Source of the DNA: Hyphomicrobiales bacterium
GTDB lineage: Bacteria > Pseudomonadota > Alphaproteobacteria > Rhizobiales > Beijerinckiaceae
DNA length: 64,000 bases
Assembly (NCBI GenBank): GCA_027489535.1
Contig: JAIXZO010000014.1
Coordinates: 2,060-66,059 of the forward strand
Direction of reading: 5' to 3'
Within the stretch, counting starts at the first letter, position 1. Each line of letters begins with the position of its first letter. Below the pieces are notes generated by a model. The model was not told the DNA's origin and ran no database searches. It was given only the letters and a program-made list of their open reading frames with translations. The position numbers were made by a program, and so were the translations under genes. Positions 1 through 8,723 of this stretch are shown here, piece after piece.

Positions 1-2
1 AG

Positions 3-1748
3 CCCGGCATCGTCCGCCACGGCGAGATCGTCGGAGCCTTCGTCGAACTCGCGGGCCTTCTCCAAGGCGCGGCCGACGCGCTCTTCGCCCGCTGCGGCCG
101 CGACGCGCCGCATCCCCTCACCGACGCACTGACCGCACTCGTCCGCGAAGCGGCAACCGCGGTCGACCGTTCATGGCGCGGCGAAGCCCCCGCCCCGCCC
201 GCGCAAGCGACGCTGGAAACCGCGGCCGTCGAGCTTCGCCGCGCCGCCTTCGGCCCTGCCGGCATCCGCATCCGCGAGGCCGAGGGTTTCGCCCATTACG
301 CCTTCTACCCGGAGGCGTGGGCGCAGGCGGCGCGCGCCTTGCCGCCCGGCACGCGGCACGTGATCGGCCTCCGCAGCATCGGGGCCGCGCTCGCCCCCAT
401 GGCCGCCGCCGTACTGCCGACCGCGAGCGTAGTCACGCTGCGCCCGACGGGCCCCCATTTCGCCCGCGAAATCCGCGTCGCGCCCGAAATCGACGCGTAC
501 TGGACGCGCGATCCGAACGCCCGCTTCGTCGTCGCGGACGAAGGTCCGGGCCTTTCGGGCAGCTCCTTCTGCGCGGTCGTCGAACATCTCCTCGCCCTCG
601 GCATTCCGCACGAGCGCATCGACGTCCTGCCGAGCCACGGCCAAGACCTCGGCCGCGAAGCCTCCGCCGCGCATCGCGCGCTGTGGCCAAAACTCAACAG
701 AAGTGTTGTTTCTCCGAGCGCCTTCCTCTTCGGCGACCGGCCGCTCGCGGCATGGTTCGAAGACGTCACCGGCCCCGTCTCGCGTTGCGAGGACTTGTCG
801 GGCGGCGCGTGGCGCCCGCTCCATTTCCCCGAGGGTCCGCAGCCGGCCTCCAACGTCGCGCAGGAGCGCCGCAAATACCGCCTCACCGCCGAGCGCGGCC
901 GCTTCTTGCTCAAATTCGCAGGACTCGGCGCATTCGGCCGCACCAAGGCCGATCGCGCGGCGGCGCTCGCGGAAGCGGGGTTCTGCAACCCGGTCCTCGC
1001 CTTCCGCCACGGCTTCACGCTGGAACGCTGGATCGAGGACGCGCACCCCCTCCCGCCCGAGCCGCCGGCAAGCTCGCCGGAGACCGACCCCGTCCCCCGA
1101 CTCGCCGCCTATCTCGCCTTCCGCGCCGACCGCTTCCCCGTCGCGGAGGACGCAGGGGCCGATCTCGACGCCCTGATCGCCATGGCCGACTACAACATCG
1201 CGCTCGGCTTCGGCGACGGCGCGGCGGTCGATTTCCGCGCGCTCGTCGCGGGCTTCGATCTCGCATCGCTGCGTCCCCGCCCCGTCGCGACGGACGGCAA
1301 GCTCGACCGCCACGAATGGCTGCGCCGGCCCGACGGCTCCCTCCTCAAGACCGACGCGCTCGACCACTGCATGGCCCACGACCTCGTCGGCGCGCAGGAC
1401 GTCGCCTGGGACGCCGCCGGCGCGGCCGTCGAATTCTCGTTGGAAGAGGATGCCGTCGAACGCCTCCTCGCGCGCATCGACGCCGTCGCGGCCCGCCCCG
1501 TCGACCGCACGCTCTTCGCCCTCATGCTCCCGCTCTATCTCGCGTTCCGCTTCGGCGCGGCCCGCCTCGCGGTGGACGGCTGCCCGGCTTCGGAATCAGA
1601 AAGCCTCACCGCCCAAGCCGCCCGCTACGCCGCCCCCCTGATCGGCCTCCTGCAAAGCCGCCCCCAGGTGTCATCCCGTGCCGCAAAGCGGACCCGGGAC
1701 CCAGCCTTGCTCCACGATGCCCCGAAGCCTGGGTCCCGGGTCGGCTGA
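3..1748 (+). CDS. hypothetical protein, 5'-truncated by the window edge; PRTase-like loop and kinase-like (APH fold) C-terminal region
   Basis: The frame is open from nt 3 to TGA at 1746-1748; track ORF 339..1748 merely begins at an internal TTG. RFVVADEGPGLSGSSF resembles a PRPP-binding loop. DGKLDRHEWL...KTDALDH...QDVAWDAAG resembles the catalytic and activation loops of aminoglycoside-phosphotransferase-like kinases. The last ~27 codons and the stop lie inside repeat A1. Confidence 0.55.
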   Translation, partial: PGIVRHGEIVGAFVELAGLLQGAADALFARCGRDAPHPLTDALTALVREAATAVDRSWRGEAPAPPAQATLETAAVELRRAAFGPAGIRIREAEGFAHYAFYPEAWAQAARALPPGTRHVIGLRSIGAALAPMAAAVLPTASVVTLRPTGPHFAREIRVAPEIDAYWTRDPNARFVVADEGPGLSGSSFCAVVEHLLALGIPHERIDVLPSHGQDLGREASAAHRALWPKLNRSVVSPSAFLFGDRPLAAWFEDVTGPVSRCEDLSGGAWRPLHFPEGPQPASNVAQERRKYRLTAERGRFLLKFAGLGAFGRTKADRAAALAEAGFCNPVLAFRHGFTLERWIEDAHPLPPEPPASSPETDPVPRLAAYLAFRADRFPVAEDAGADLDALIAMADYNIALGFGDGAAVDFRALVAGFDLASLRPRPVATDGKLDRHEWLRRPDGSLLKTDALDHCMAHDLVGAQDVAWDAAGAAVEFSLEEDAVERLLARIDAVAARPVDRTLFALMLPLYLAFRFGAARLAVDGCPASESESLTAQAARYAAPLIGLLQSRPQVSSRAAKRTRDPALLHDAPKPGSRVG

Positions 1749-1766
1749 CGCCGCCCGGGATGACAC
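1668..1766. repeat. Family A nested-palindrome repeat, copy A1 (~100 bp)
   Basis: Outer arms are gtgtcatcccg / cccgggatgacac; inner arms are gacccgggacccag / ctgggtcccgggtc. The same architecture recurs at 1919, 4819, 26509 and 57701. Confidence 0.85.
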
Positions 1767-1813
1767 GCGGAGCCGCTTTCATCCGGAGAGAGGCTCCCAC
1801 GCCTTCCAACAAA

Positions 1814-1890
1814 CCCTCATGGTGAGGAGGCGCGCAGCGCCGTCTCGAACCACGCCGTTATCCGGACCCGATGGTTCGAGACGCCCGTCC
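1814..1890. repeat. Family B nested-palindrome repeat, copy B1 (right outer arm missing)
   Basis: Contains ccctcatggtgaggaggcgcgcagcgccgtctcgaaccac followed by gatggttcgagacgc. It lacks the terminal gctcctcaccatgaggg arm. Confidence 0.75.
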
Positions 1891-1918
1891 TGCGGGGCCG
1901 AAAATAGCACGCCCCTAA

Positions 1919-2017
1919 GTGTCATCCCGGGTCGCAAAGCGGACCCGGGACCCAGCCTTGCTCCACGACGCCCGAAAGCTTGGGTCCCGGGTCGGCTCAC
2001 GCCGCCCGGGATGACAC
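1919..2017. repeat. Family A repeat, copy A2
   Basis: Near-identical to A1, with the same outer and inner inverted arms. It lies 251 bp from A1. Confidence 0.85.
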
Positions 2018-2063
2018 GGAGAGCCGCGTCCATCCCGAGCGAGCGCCCGCACCTCCCGAACCA

Positions 2064-2163
2064 CCCTCATGGCGGGAGGCGCAGAGCGCCGTCTCGAACC
2101 ACGCCCTTGCCCGGCCCCGATGGTTCGAGACGCGCGTCTTCGCCGTGCACCTCACCATGAGGA
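2064..2163. repeat. Family B repeat, copy B2 (complete)
   Basis: ccctcatggcgggaggcgcagagcgccgtctcgaaccac ... gatggttcgagacgcgcgtcttcgccgtgcacctcaccatgagg. It lies 250 bp from B1. Confidence 0.8.
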
Positions 2164-2296
2164 CGAGAATCGCCGCGGTTTCACCACATTGAGGCGTCAC
2201 GCCGTGAGCGGTGCGGAGCACGGGCGCAAACGACGCAAACCGGCTCCGTCTTCCGGATGACGAGAACCGCGACGCTGCGGGCTTCCGAAACGGGGT

Positions 2297-4765
2297 TTGC
2301 GACGTTATGGAAGGGGTGCTTCGCCGAAGCGGAGCGAGCGGGAATCGACGGCCGAAACGATGCGATACATTATGCGGTTCTTCGGCGTCCTGTTCACGGC
2401 AGGCGCGATCTTGTTCGCCGTCGGGGCGGCGATCGCGGCCGTCGTGATCTGGCAGTATTCGCGCGACCTGCCCGACTACACCCAGCTCGCCGCCTACGAG
2501 CCCCCGGTCACCACCCGCATGCATGCCGGCGACGGCAGCCTGCTCGCCGAATATTCGCGCGAGCGGCGGCTGTATCTGCCCATCCAGTCCATGCCGCCGC
2601 TGCTGATCGAGGCTTTCATCTCGGCCGAGGACAAGAATTTCTACAAGCATCCCGGCGTCGACATCGAAGGCATCGCCCGCGCGGGCCTCTATTTCTTCAA
2701 GCGCGACAGGGGTCGCCGGCCCCAAGGCGCGTCCACCATCACGCAGCAGGTCGCCAAGAATTTCCTGCTGTCGAACGAGCAGACCTTCGACCGCAAGATC
2801 AAGGAAATGCTCGTCGCGCTGCGCATCGAGACCACCTTCACCAAGGACCGGATCCTCGAGCTGTATCTCAACGAGATCTATCTCGGCCTGTCGAATTACG
2901 GCGTCGCCGCCGCCTCGCTGAACTATTTCGGCAAGGCCGTGAACGAGCTGACGCTGCCCGAGGTCGCCTATCTCGCCGCGCTGCCCAAGGGGCCGAACAA
3001 CTACCACCCCTTCCGCCAGCGCGAGGCCGCCATCGACCGGCGCAACTACGTCATCGACCGCATGGTCGACAACGGCTACGTCGACCGGGAAACCGGCGAC
3101 CGCGCGAAGAAGGAGCCCTTGGGCGTCAATGTCCGCTCGCTCTCGCCCAACACGCTGGCGGCGGGCTTCTTCGCCGAGGAAGTGCGGCGCGAACTGGCCG
3201 AGCGCTTCGGCGAAAAGGCGCTGTACGAGGGCGGCCTTTCCGTCCGCACCACGCTCGATCCGAAGATGCAGCTGATGGCGCGCCGCTCGCTGGCCGACGG
3301 CCTCGTGCGCTACGACGAGGCGCATGGCTGGCGCGGCCCGGTGCAGAAGGTCGACATCGTCGCGAAGGAATGGGGCACGGCCGTCGCCGACGTTCCCGCG
3401 CTGGCGGACGTGCAGCCCTGGCGCCTCGCCGTGGTGCTGGACGTGCAGGGCGAAGTCGCCCGCATCGGCCTGCAGCCGCGCCGCGAGGGCGGCGGCGAGA
3501 TTTCGCGGGACCGCCTCACCGGCGCAATCCCGGCCGAGGGCGTCCGCTGGACGCGCAAGCCCATGCGGCAGGTGCTCGCCTCGGGCGACGTCGTCTATGT
3601 CGAGCCCGTCGCGGATCGGCCGGGTCAGTATCGCCTGCGCCAAATCCCGGAAATCTCCGGCGCGCTCGTCGCGATGGATCCCTATACCGGCCGCGTTCTG
3701 GCCATGGTCGGCGGCTTCTCCTTCGATCAGTCGAAGTTCAACCGTGCTACGCAGGCGCATCGGCAGCCGGGCTCCTCGTTCAAGCCCTTCGTCTACGCGA
3801 CGGCGCTCGACAACGGCTATACGCCCGCCTCCATCATCCTCGACGCCCCCATCGAGATCGCCCAGACGGGCGCCGAGGCGTGGAAGCCGGAAAACTACGA
3901 CGGCAAGTCCAACGGGCCGCGCACGCTGCGCTACGGCATCGAGCATTCCAAGAACCTGATGACCGTGCGCCTGTCGCAGGACATCGGCATGCCGATCGTG
4001 GCCGATTACGCCCGCCGCTTCGGCATCTATGACGACATGCCGCCCTTCCTCTCAATGTCGCTCGGCGCGGGCGAAACCACCGTGCTGAAGATGACGGCGG
4101 GCTATTCGATGCTGGTCAACGGCGGCAAGCGCATCCGCCCCACGCTGGTCGACCGCATTCAGGACCGCTGGGGCCGCAACGTCTTCCGCCACGACGAGCG
4201 CGCCTGCGAAGGCTGCGACGCCGACCGCTGGAACGGCCAGAACGAGCCGAACGTGGTCGACAACCGAGAGCAGGTGCTCGACCCGCTCTCCGCCTACCAG
4301 ATCACATCGATCCTCGAAGGCGTCGTGATCCGCGGCACGGGCGGCGCGATCAAGGAAGTCGGCAAGCCGCTGGCCGGCAAGACCGGCACCACCAACGACG
4401 CCAAGGACGTATGGTTCGTCGGCTTCTCGCCCGATCTCGCGGTGGGCGTCTATATGGGCTATGACCGCCCGCGCTCGCTCGGCACCTCGGCCACCGCCGG
4501 CCAATACGCTGCGCCGATCTTCCGCGACTTCATGAAGCTCGCCCTGGCCGACAAGCCCGCAACGCCCTTCCGCGTGCCGCCGGGCATCAAGCTCGTCAAG
4601 ATCAACCGCGACGACGGCACCCGCGCCTCGGGCGGCGAAGGCATCGTCGAAGCCTTCAAGCCCGGCACCGGCCCCAACGAACACGGCAACCGAGGCGACG
4701 TCCCCATGGTCTTCGCCCCGGATTACGACAGGGCCGTGAGCGCGGGGACGGGCGGGTTGTATTGA
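2297..4765 (+). CDS. mrcA: penicillin-binding protein 1A (bifunctional glycosyltransferase/transpeptidase)
   Basis: 822-aa ORF with an N-terminal TM helix (FFGVLFTAGAILFAVGAAIAAVVIW), GT51 motifs (EDKNFYKHPGVD, RKIKE) and transpeptidase motifs (SSFKP, KTGTT). An alternative, more typical start is ATG 2360 (MRYIMRFFG). Confidence 0.93.
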   Translation: MRRYGRGASPKRSERESTAETMRYIMRFFGVLFTAGAILFAVGAAIAAVVIWQYSRDLPDYTQLAAYEPPVTTRMHAGDGSLLAEYSRERRLYLPIQSMPPLLIEAFISAEDKNFYKHPGVDIEGIARAGLYFFKRDRGRRPQGASTITQQVAKNFLLSNEQTFDRKIKEMLVALRIETTFTKDRILELYLNEIYLGLSNYGVAAASLNYFGKAVNELTLPEVAYLAALPKGPNNYHPFRQREAAIDRRNYVIDRMVDNGYVDRETGDRAKKEPLGVNVRSLSPNTLAAGFFAEEVRRELAERFGEKALYEGGLSVRTTLDPKMQLMARRSLADGLVRYDEAHGWRGPVQKVDIVAKEWGTAVADVPALADVQPWRLAVVLDVQGEVARIGLQPRREGGGEISRDRLTGAIPAEGVRWTRKPMRQVLASGDVVYVEPVADRPGQYRLRQIPEISGALVAMDPYTGRVLAMVGGFSFDQSKFNRATQAHRQPGSSFKPFVYATALDNGYTPASIILDAPIEIAQTGAEAWKPENYDGKSNGPRTLRYGIEHSKNLMTVRLSQDIGMPIVADYARRFGIYDDMPPFLSMSLGAGETTVLKMTAGYSMLVNGGKRIRPTLVDRIQDRWGRNVFRHDERACEGCDADRWNGQNEPNVVDNREQVLDPLSAYQITSILEGVVIRGTGGAIKEVGKPLAGKTGTTNDAKDVWFVGFSPDLAVGVYMGYDRPRSLGTSATAGQYAAPIFRDFMKLALADKPATPFRVPPGIKLVKINRDDGTRASGGEGIVEAFKPGTGPNEHGNRGDVPMVFAPDYDRAVSAGTGGLY

Positions 4766-4818
4766 GGCGGAACGCACCGTTCCATTCGCTTCCTTGACAC
4801 CGCCGCACACCACCGCCG

Positions 4819-4913
4819 GTGTCATCCCGGGCCGCAAAGCGGACCCGGGACCCAGACTTTCCGATACCCATCACAGAAGAAGAACGAGGTCCCGGCACTA
4901 CGGCCGGGATGAC
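4819..4913. repeat. Family A repeat, copy A3 (diverged centre)
   Basis: gtgtcatcccgggccgcaaagcggacccgggacccag ... ggtcccggcactacggccgggatgac. Confidence 0.75.
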
Positions 4914-4943
4914 CCCATAGGCAGCGCAACACGCCACCGTTCC

Positions 4944-5067
4944 GTCATTGCGAGCGACAGCGAAGCAATCCAGCTGAACGCCGTCGACCGGCAACGACGC
5001 CCGCCACGCCCGACCGCCGCCGCGCGCATCAGCCGGATTGCCGCGTCGCTGCGCTCCTCGCAATGAC
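4944..5067. repeat. Family C repeat, inverted pair C1 (arms 4944-4978 and 5035-5067)
   Basis: gtcattgcgagcgacagcgaagcaatccagctgaa faces ggattgccgcgtcgctgcgctcctcgcaatgac across a ~56-nt spacer. Confidence 0.8.
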
Positions 5068-5192
5068 GGCAACCAAACCGGAACGTCCGCGAGCCCCCCT
5101 CCGCCTTTGACTCCCTCTCCCGCCCCCGGTATTCCCGGGCGCAGCGCGGAGGCCGTTCGCGTCCGCTCCCTTCATCATGACGAAAGCACATC

Positions 5193-6321
5193 ATGCGCGC
5201 CGAAATCGAAGCGCTCGTCGAATCCGCCAAGCAGTCCATCGGACTGCTGAGGAGGCATCTTTGACGTCGAGACAGCCACAAAGCGCCTGGCCGAACTGAA
5301 CGAACGTTCGGAAGATCCGAATTTCTGGAACGATGCGGATGCCGCGCAGAAGATGATGCGCGAACGCACCGAGCTGGAAAACGCCCTGGCCTCCGTCGGC
5401 CGGCTCACCTCGGAGCTCGACGACGCCGTGCTGCTGATCGAACTCGGCGACGCCGAGGGCGACGCCACGGCCGTGACGGAGGGCGAAGTCGCCATTCGCG
5501 CGCTGCAGGTCGAAGCCGCGCGCCTGCAGGTCGAGACGCTGCTGTCGGGCGAAGCCGACCAGAACGACGCCTATCTCGAAGTCCATTCCGGTGCCGGCGG
5601 CACCGAGAGTCAGGACTGGGCCAACATCCTCATGCGCATGTATACGCGCTGGGCCGAGAAGCGGCGCTACAAGGTCGACGTGCTCGACGTGGCCGACGGC
5701 GAAGAGGCCGGCATCAAGGGCGCGACGCTCCTCATCAAGGGCCACAACGCCTATGGCTGGCTCAAGACGGAGACGGGCGTGCACCGGCTCGTGCGCATCT
5801 CGCCCTTCGATTCCAACGCGCGCCGCCACACCAGCTTCGCCTCGGTCTGGGTCTATCCCGTCATCGACGACCGCATCATCATCGAGGTGAACGAGAGCGA
5901 TTGCCGCATCGACACGTTCCGCGCTCAGGGCGCTGGCGGACAGCACATCAACACCACCGACTCGGCCGTGCGCATCACGCATAATCCGACCGGCATCGTG
6001 GTGTCGTGCCAGCAGGAACGCTCCCAGCACAAGAACCGCGCCAAGGCGTGGGACATGCTGCGCGCCCGCCTTTACGAGCGCGAATTGAAGATCCGCGAAG
6101 AAAAGGCCAATGCGGAAAACGCCGGCAAGTCGGAAATCGGCTGGGGCCACCAGATCCGCTCCTACGTCATGCAGCCCTATCAGATGGTCAAGGACCTGCG
6201 CACCGGCGTGGTCTCCAACACCCCCTCCGACGTGCTGGATGGCGACATCGACATGTTCATGGAAGCCGCCCTGGCCCAACGCGTCTACGGCGGCGACGTC
6301 GAAGTGGCGGACATCGACTGA
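5193..6321 (+). CDS. prfB: peptide chain release factor 2, expressed via programmed +1 ribosomal frameshift
   Basis: Frame 0 reads ATG 5193 [23 protein letters not shown], then in-frame TGA at 5262-5264. The +1 frame from GAC 5263 continues [24 protein letters not shown]... into track ORF 5353..6321. SPF (ISPFDS) and GGQ (GAGGQHIN) motifs are present. Confidence 0.95.
5250..5265 (+). other. RF2 programmed +1 frameshift site (AGGAGG-cat-CTT-TGA-C)
   Basis: An internal SD-like AGGAGG (5250-5255) sits 3 nt before the slippery CTT (5259-5261), followed by TGA-C (5262-5265). This is the canonical prfB autoregulatory arrangement. Confidence 0.92.
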
Positions 6322-6361
6322 GGCGGAGGAGCCGGGCGTTCTCCATCGCGGCGCGGCCCCT

Positions 6362-6447
6362 GGATTGCCGCGCTGCTTCGCTCCTCGCAATGACGGAGGA
6401 AGACTTCACCCCGTCATTGCGAGCGAAAGCGAAGCAATTCAGCTGAA
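6362..6447. repeat. Family C repeat, inverted pair C2 (arms 6362-6395 and 6413-6447)
   Basis: ggattgccgcgctgcttcgctcctcgcaatgacgg faces gtcattgcgagcgaaagcgaagcaattcagctgaa across a ~17-nt loop. Confidence 0.8.
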
Positions 6448-6544
6448 GGTCGCCGCAGAACCCGCCGCGTCACGGCGCTTCTCGCAATCACCGGAGCGGT
6501 GCGCTAGGTCTGGCGCTCGGAAGCAGGGCGGTCGGGAGCGGATC

Positions 6545-7801
6545 ATGGCGCAGTTGAGCGGGGATGCGTTTGCGTTCGGGGGCGCGTTGATGCGCGTCGA
6601 GGACGCCGTGGCCACCATCCGCGAGCGGGTGAAGCCGGTCGGCCGGATCGAGCGGGTTTCGCTCCTCGCCGCCGACGGTCGTTTTTCGGCCGAAGCCGTG
6701 GTCGCGCCCGTCGATCTTCCTCCCTTCGACAATTCGGCCGTGGACGGCTGGGCCGTGCGCCATGCCGATCTCGCGGCGGGAGAGGCCACCCGCCTGCCCG
6801 AGCGCGGGCGCATCGCTGCCGGCGAGGCGTGGCGCGGAGAGCCCCCCGCGGCCACGACCGCCGTGCGCATCTTCACCGGCGCGCCCATGCCCCCGGGCCT
6901 CGACACGGTCTTCATGCAGGAAGACGTGAGCGCCGAGGCGGGCCTGCTGACCCTGCCGCCGGGACTGAAGCCCGGCGCGAACATGCGCCGCGCGGGCGAG
7001 GACCTGCCGCGCGGGGCGGAAGCCTTGGCCGCAGGCCGCCGCATCGGGCCGCGCGAAATCGCGCTCCTCGCGGCGCTCGGCAAGCGCGACGTCGCCGTGA
7101 GCGGCCGCTTGCGCGTCGCCGTGTTCTCCACCGGCGACGAGGTGACGGAACCCGGCGCGCCGCTCGGCCCGGCCGCGCTCTACGATTCCAACCGCTTCGT
7201 GCTGATGTCGCTCGCCGCCCGCATGGGCGCGGACGTCACCGATCTCGGCATCCTGCCCGACGATCGCCCGACGATCGCGGAGGCCTTGGCGCGGGCCGGG
7301 GCCGATCACGACCTCATCATCACCTCGGGCGGCGTTTCCACCGGCGAGGAGGATCACGTCAAGGGCGCGGTGGAGGATGCGGGCGCCCTCACCTTCTGGC
7401 GCATCGGCATCAAGCCCGGTCGGCCGGTGGCGATGGGCGTCGTGGGCGAAGCGGCCTTCGTCGGCCTGCCGGGCAATCCCGTGGCCGTCTTCGTCACCTT
7501 CGCGCATGTGGTGCGCCCGCTGATGACGGCGATGTCGGGCGGCGTGCCGGAAACCGCGGCGGCCCTGCCCGTCGTCGCGGGCTTCGCCTATCGCAAGAAG
7601 GAAGGGCGGCGCGAATATGTGCGCGTGTCGCTGGAGCGCGACCCGCAAGGCCGGGTGCTGGCACGAAAACACCCGCGCGAGGGCGCGGGCGTGATCACGT
7701 CTCTCACCGAGACCGACGGCCTCGTGGAACTGCCGGAAGACTGCGTGAACGTCGAACCCGGCGATACCGTCGGGTTCATGCCCTACGCGGCGCTGATCTG
7801 A
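6545..7801 (+). CDS. moeA: molybdopterin molybdenumtransferase MoeA
   Basis: Starts MAQLSGDAFAFGGALMRVEDAV in the frame of track ORF 6110..7801. Typical MoeA features: DGWAVR, PGANMRRAGED, ITSGGVSTGEEDH, IKPGRP, GLPGNPVA. Confidence 0.9.
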   Translation: MAQLSGDAFAFGGALMRVEDAVATIRERVKPVGRIERVSLLAADGRFSAEAVVAPVDLPPFDNSAVDGWAVRHADLAAGEATRLPERGRIAAGEAWRGEPPAATTAVRIFTGAPMPPGLDTVFMQEDVSAEAGLLTLPPGLKPGANMRRAGEDLPRGAEALAAGRRIGPREIALLAALGKRDVAVSGRLRVAVFSTGDEVTEPGAPLGPAALYDSNRFVLMSLAARMGADVTDLGILPDDRPTIAEALARAGADHDLIITSGGVSTGEEDHVKGAVEDAGALTFWRIGIKPGRPVAMGVVGEAAFVGLPGNPVAVFVTFAHVVRPLMTAMSGGVPETAAALPVVAGFAYRKKEGRREYVRVSLERDPQGRVLARKHPREGAGVITSLTETDGLVELPEDCVNVEPGDTVGFMPYAALI

Positions 7802-7819
7802 CGATCAGGAGCCCGGTCT

Positions 7820-8002
7820 TCAGGAACCTTTGCCGGTCATCTTCGGCCAATCCGCACCGACCAGATTGTGGCCGGCATCGCCGACGCGCGCGCCGGTGGT
7901 GGTGAACTGCTCGTAGGCCGTCTTCTGTTCGCCGCCGAGCACGATTGCGGCCGCATAACCGCCGCCGACCGCGAGCAGAACCGCAAGAGCGAAAGCCTTC
8001 AT
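7820..8002 (-). CDS. small (60 aa) putative secreted or membrane-anchored protein
   Basis: Has a signal-peptide-like N-terminus (MKAFALAVLLAVGGGYAAA), GC3-rich codons and a GAAGGGA SD about 8 nt upstream of the ATG. I recognise no homology. Confidence 0.45.
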   Translation of the reverse strand: MKAFALAVLLAVGGGYAAAIVLGGEQKTAYEQFTTTGARVGDAGHNLVGADWPKMTGKGS

Positions 8003-8087
8003 CGGATTGATCCCTTCATCGGCGCTTCAACGTTACGCAAGGCACGAGCGCCGCCTGCGCCGTATGTAGACATGCCGCCGGCACCGT

Positions 8088-8723
8088 TCAAGCATCTTGA
8101 TGGGCGCGCGCGATGCGCTCGGCCTCGTCGAGGTCCTCGGGCGTGTTGGCGTTGAAGAACGGATCATAAGGGCTCGCCGCCCAATCGGCGGCCGCGCAGC
8201 CGTGCCGGGCCGTCCAGCGGTCGATCTTGCGAAGATCTTCCACCACCAGCGCGTGGCGCAGATCGTGCCGCAAGGCCACCGGCCAGAGCCCGATGGGCGG
8301 CTGGGTGCGACCCTCGGACGCGGCGCAGGCGAGCGGCACGCCCGCATCGCGGCGGGCCTCCTCCAGCCGGGCGACGAGATCGCGCGGCAGAAAGGGCGAA
8401 TCGGCCGAAACGCTCGCCACCGTCTCCACCTCCGGCCTGTGCAGCGCCGCCCAGTCGAGCGCCGCGAGAATGCCCGCGAGCGGCCCCGCAAAGCCCCCCA
8501 CGTCGTCGGCGACCACTGGCAGCCCGAAACCCGCGAACCGCGCGGGATCGCCGTTTGCGTTCAGCACCAGCCCGTCGCATTGCGGGCCGAACCGCGCGGT
8601 CACGCGGTCGAGGATGGTGCGCCCCGCTACCGCGCGCATCGGCTTGTCGCCCCCGCCCATCCGCCGCGCCAGGCCGCCCGCCAGCAGCACGCCGAGCGGC
8701 TTCTTCGCGACGGGGTCACTCAT
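8088..8723 (-). CDS. mobA: molybdenum cofactor guanylyltransferase MobA
   Basis: Starts [28 protein letters not shown], matching the LAGGxxxRMGGxDK signature. Start ATG 8723 was chosen within track ORF 8088..8771. It overlaps the fdhD stop by 8 nt. Confidence 0.85.
   Translation of the reverse strand: MSDPVAKKPLGVLLAGGLARRMGGGDKPMRAVAGRTILDRVTARFGPQCDGLVLNANGDPARFAGFGLPVVADDVGGFAGPLAGILAALDWAALHRPEVETVASVSADSPFLPRDLVARLEEARRDAGVPLACAASEGRTQPPIGLWPVALRHDLRHALVVEDLRKIDRWTARHGCAAADWAASPYDPFFNANTPEDLDEAERIARAHQDA

Noticed and set aside
1678-2160. ORFs lying entirely in repeats (also 4794..5066, 26327..26596, 29299..29562, 57699..57938)
   Set aside because: They are translations of family A/B/C palindromic repeats, and the same peptides recur wherever the repeat occurs. 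They are not genes.
1668-2163. Possible CRISPR array (regularly spaced repeats)
   Set aside because: There are two different ~100-bp nested palindromes alternating with a ~250-bp period. There are no short uniform repeats, no unique spacers and no cas genes.
1997-3946. 649-aa ORF antisense to PBP1A
   Set aside because: A shadow ORF. It begins inside the family A/B repeats.
6448-6544. Moco riboswitch upstream of moeA
   Set aside because: There is no GCCUCCGAGCC-type conserved core, and the region is mostly family C repeat flank.
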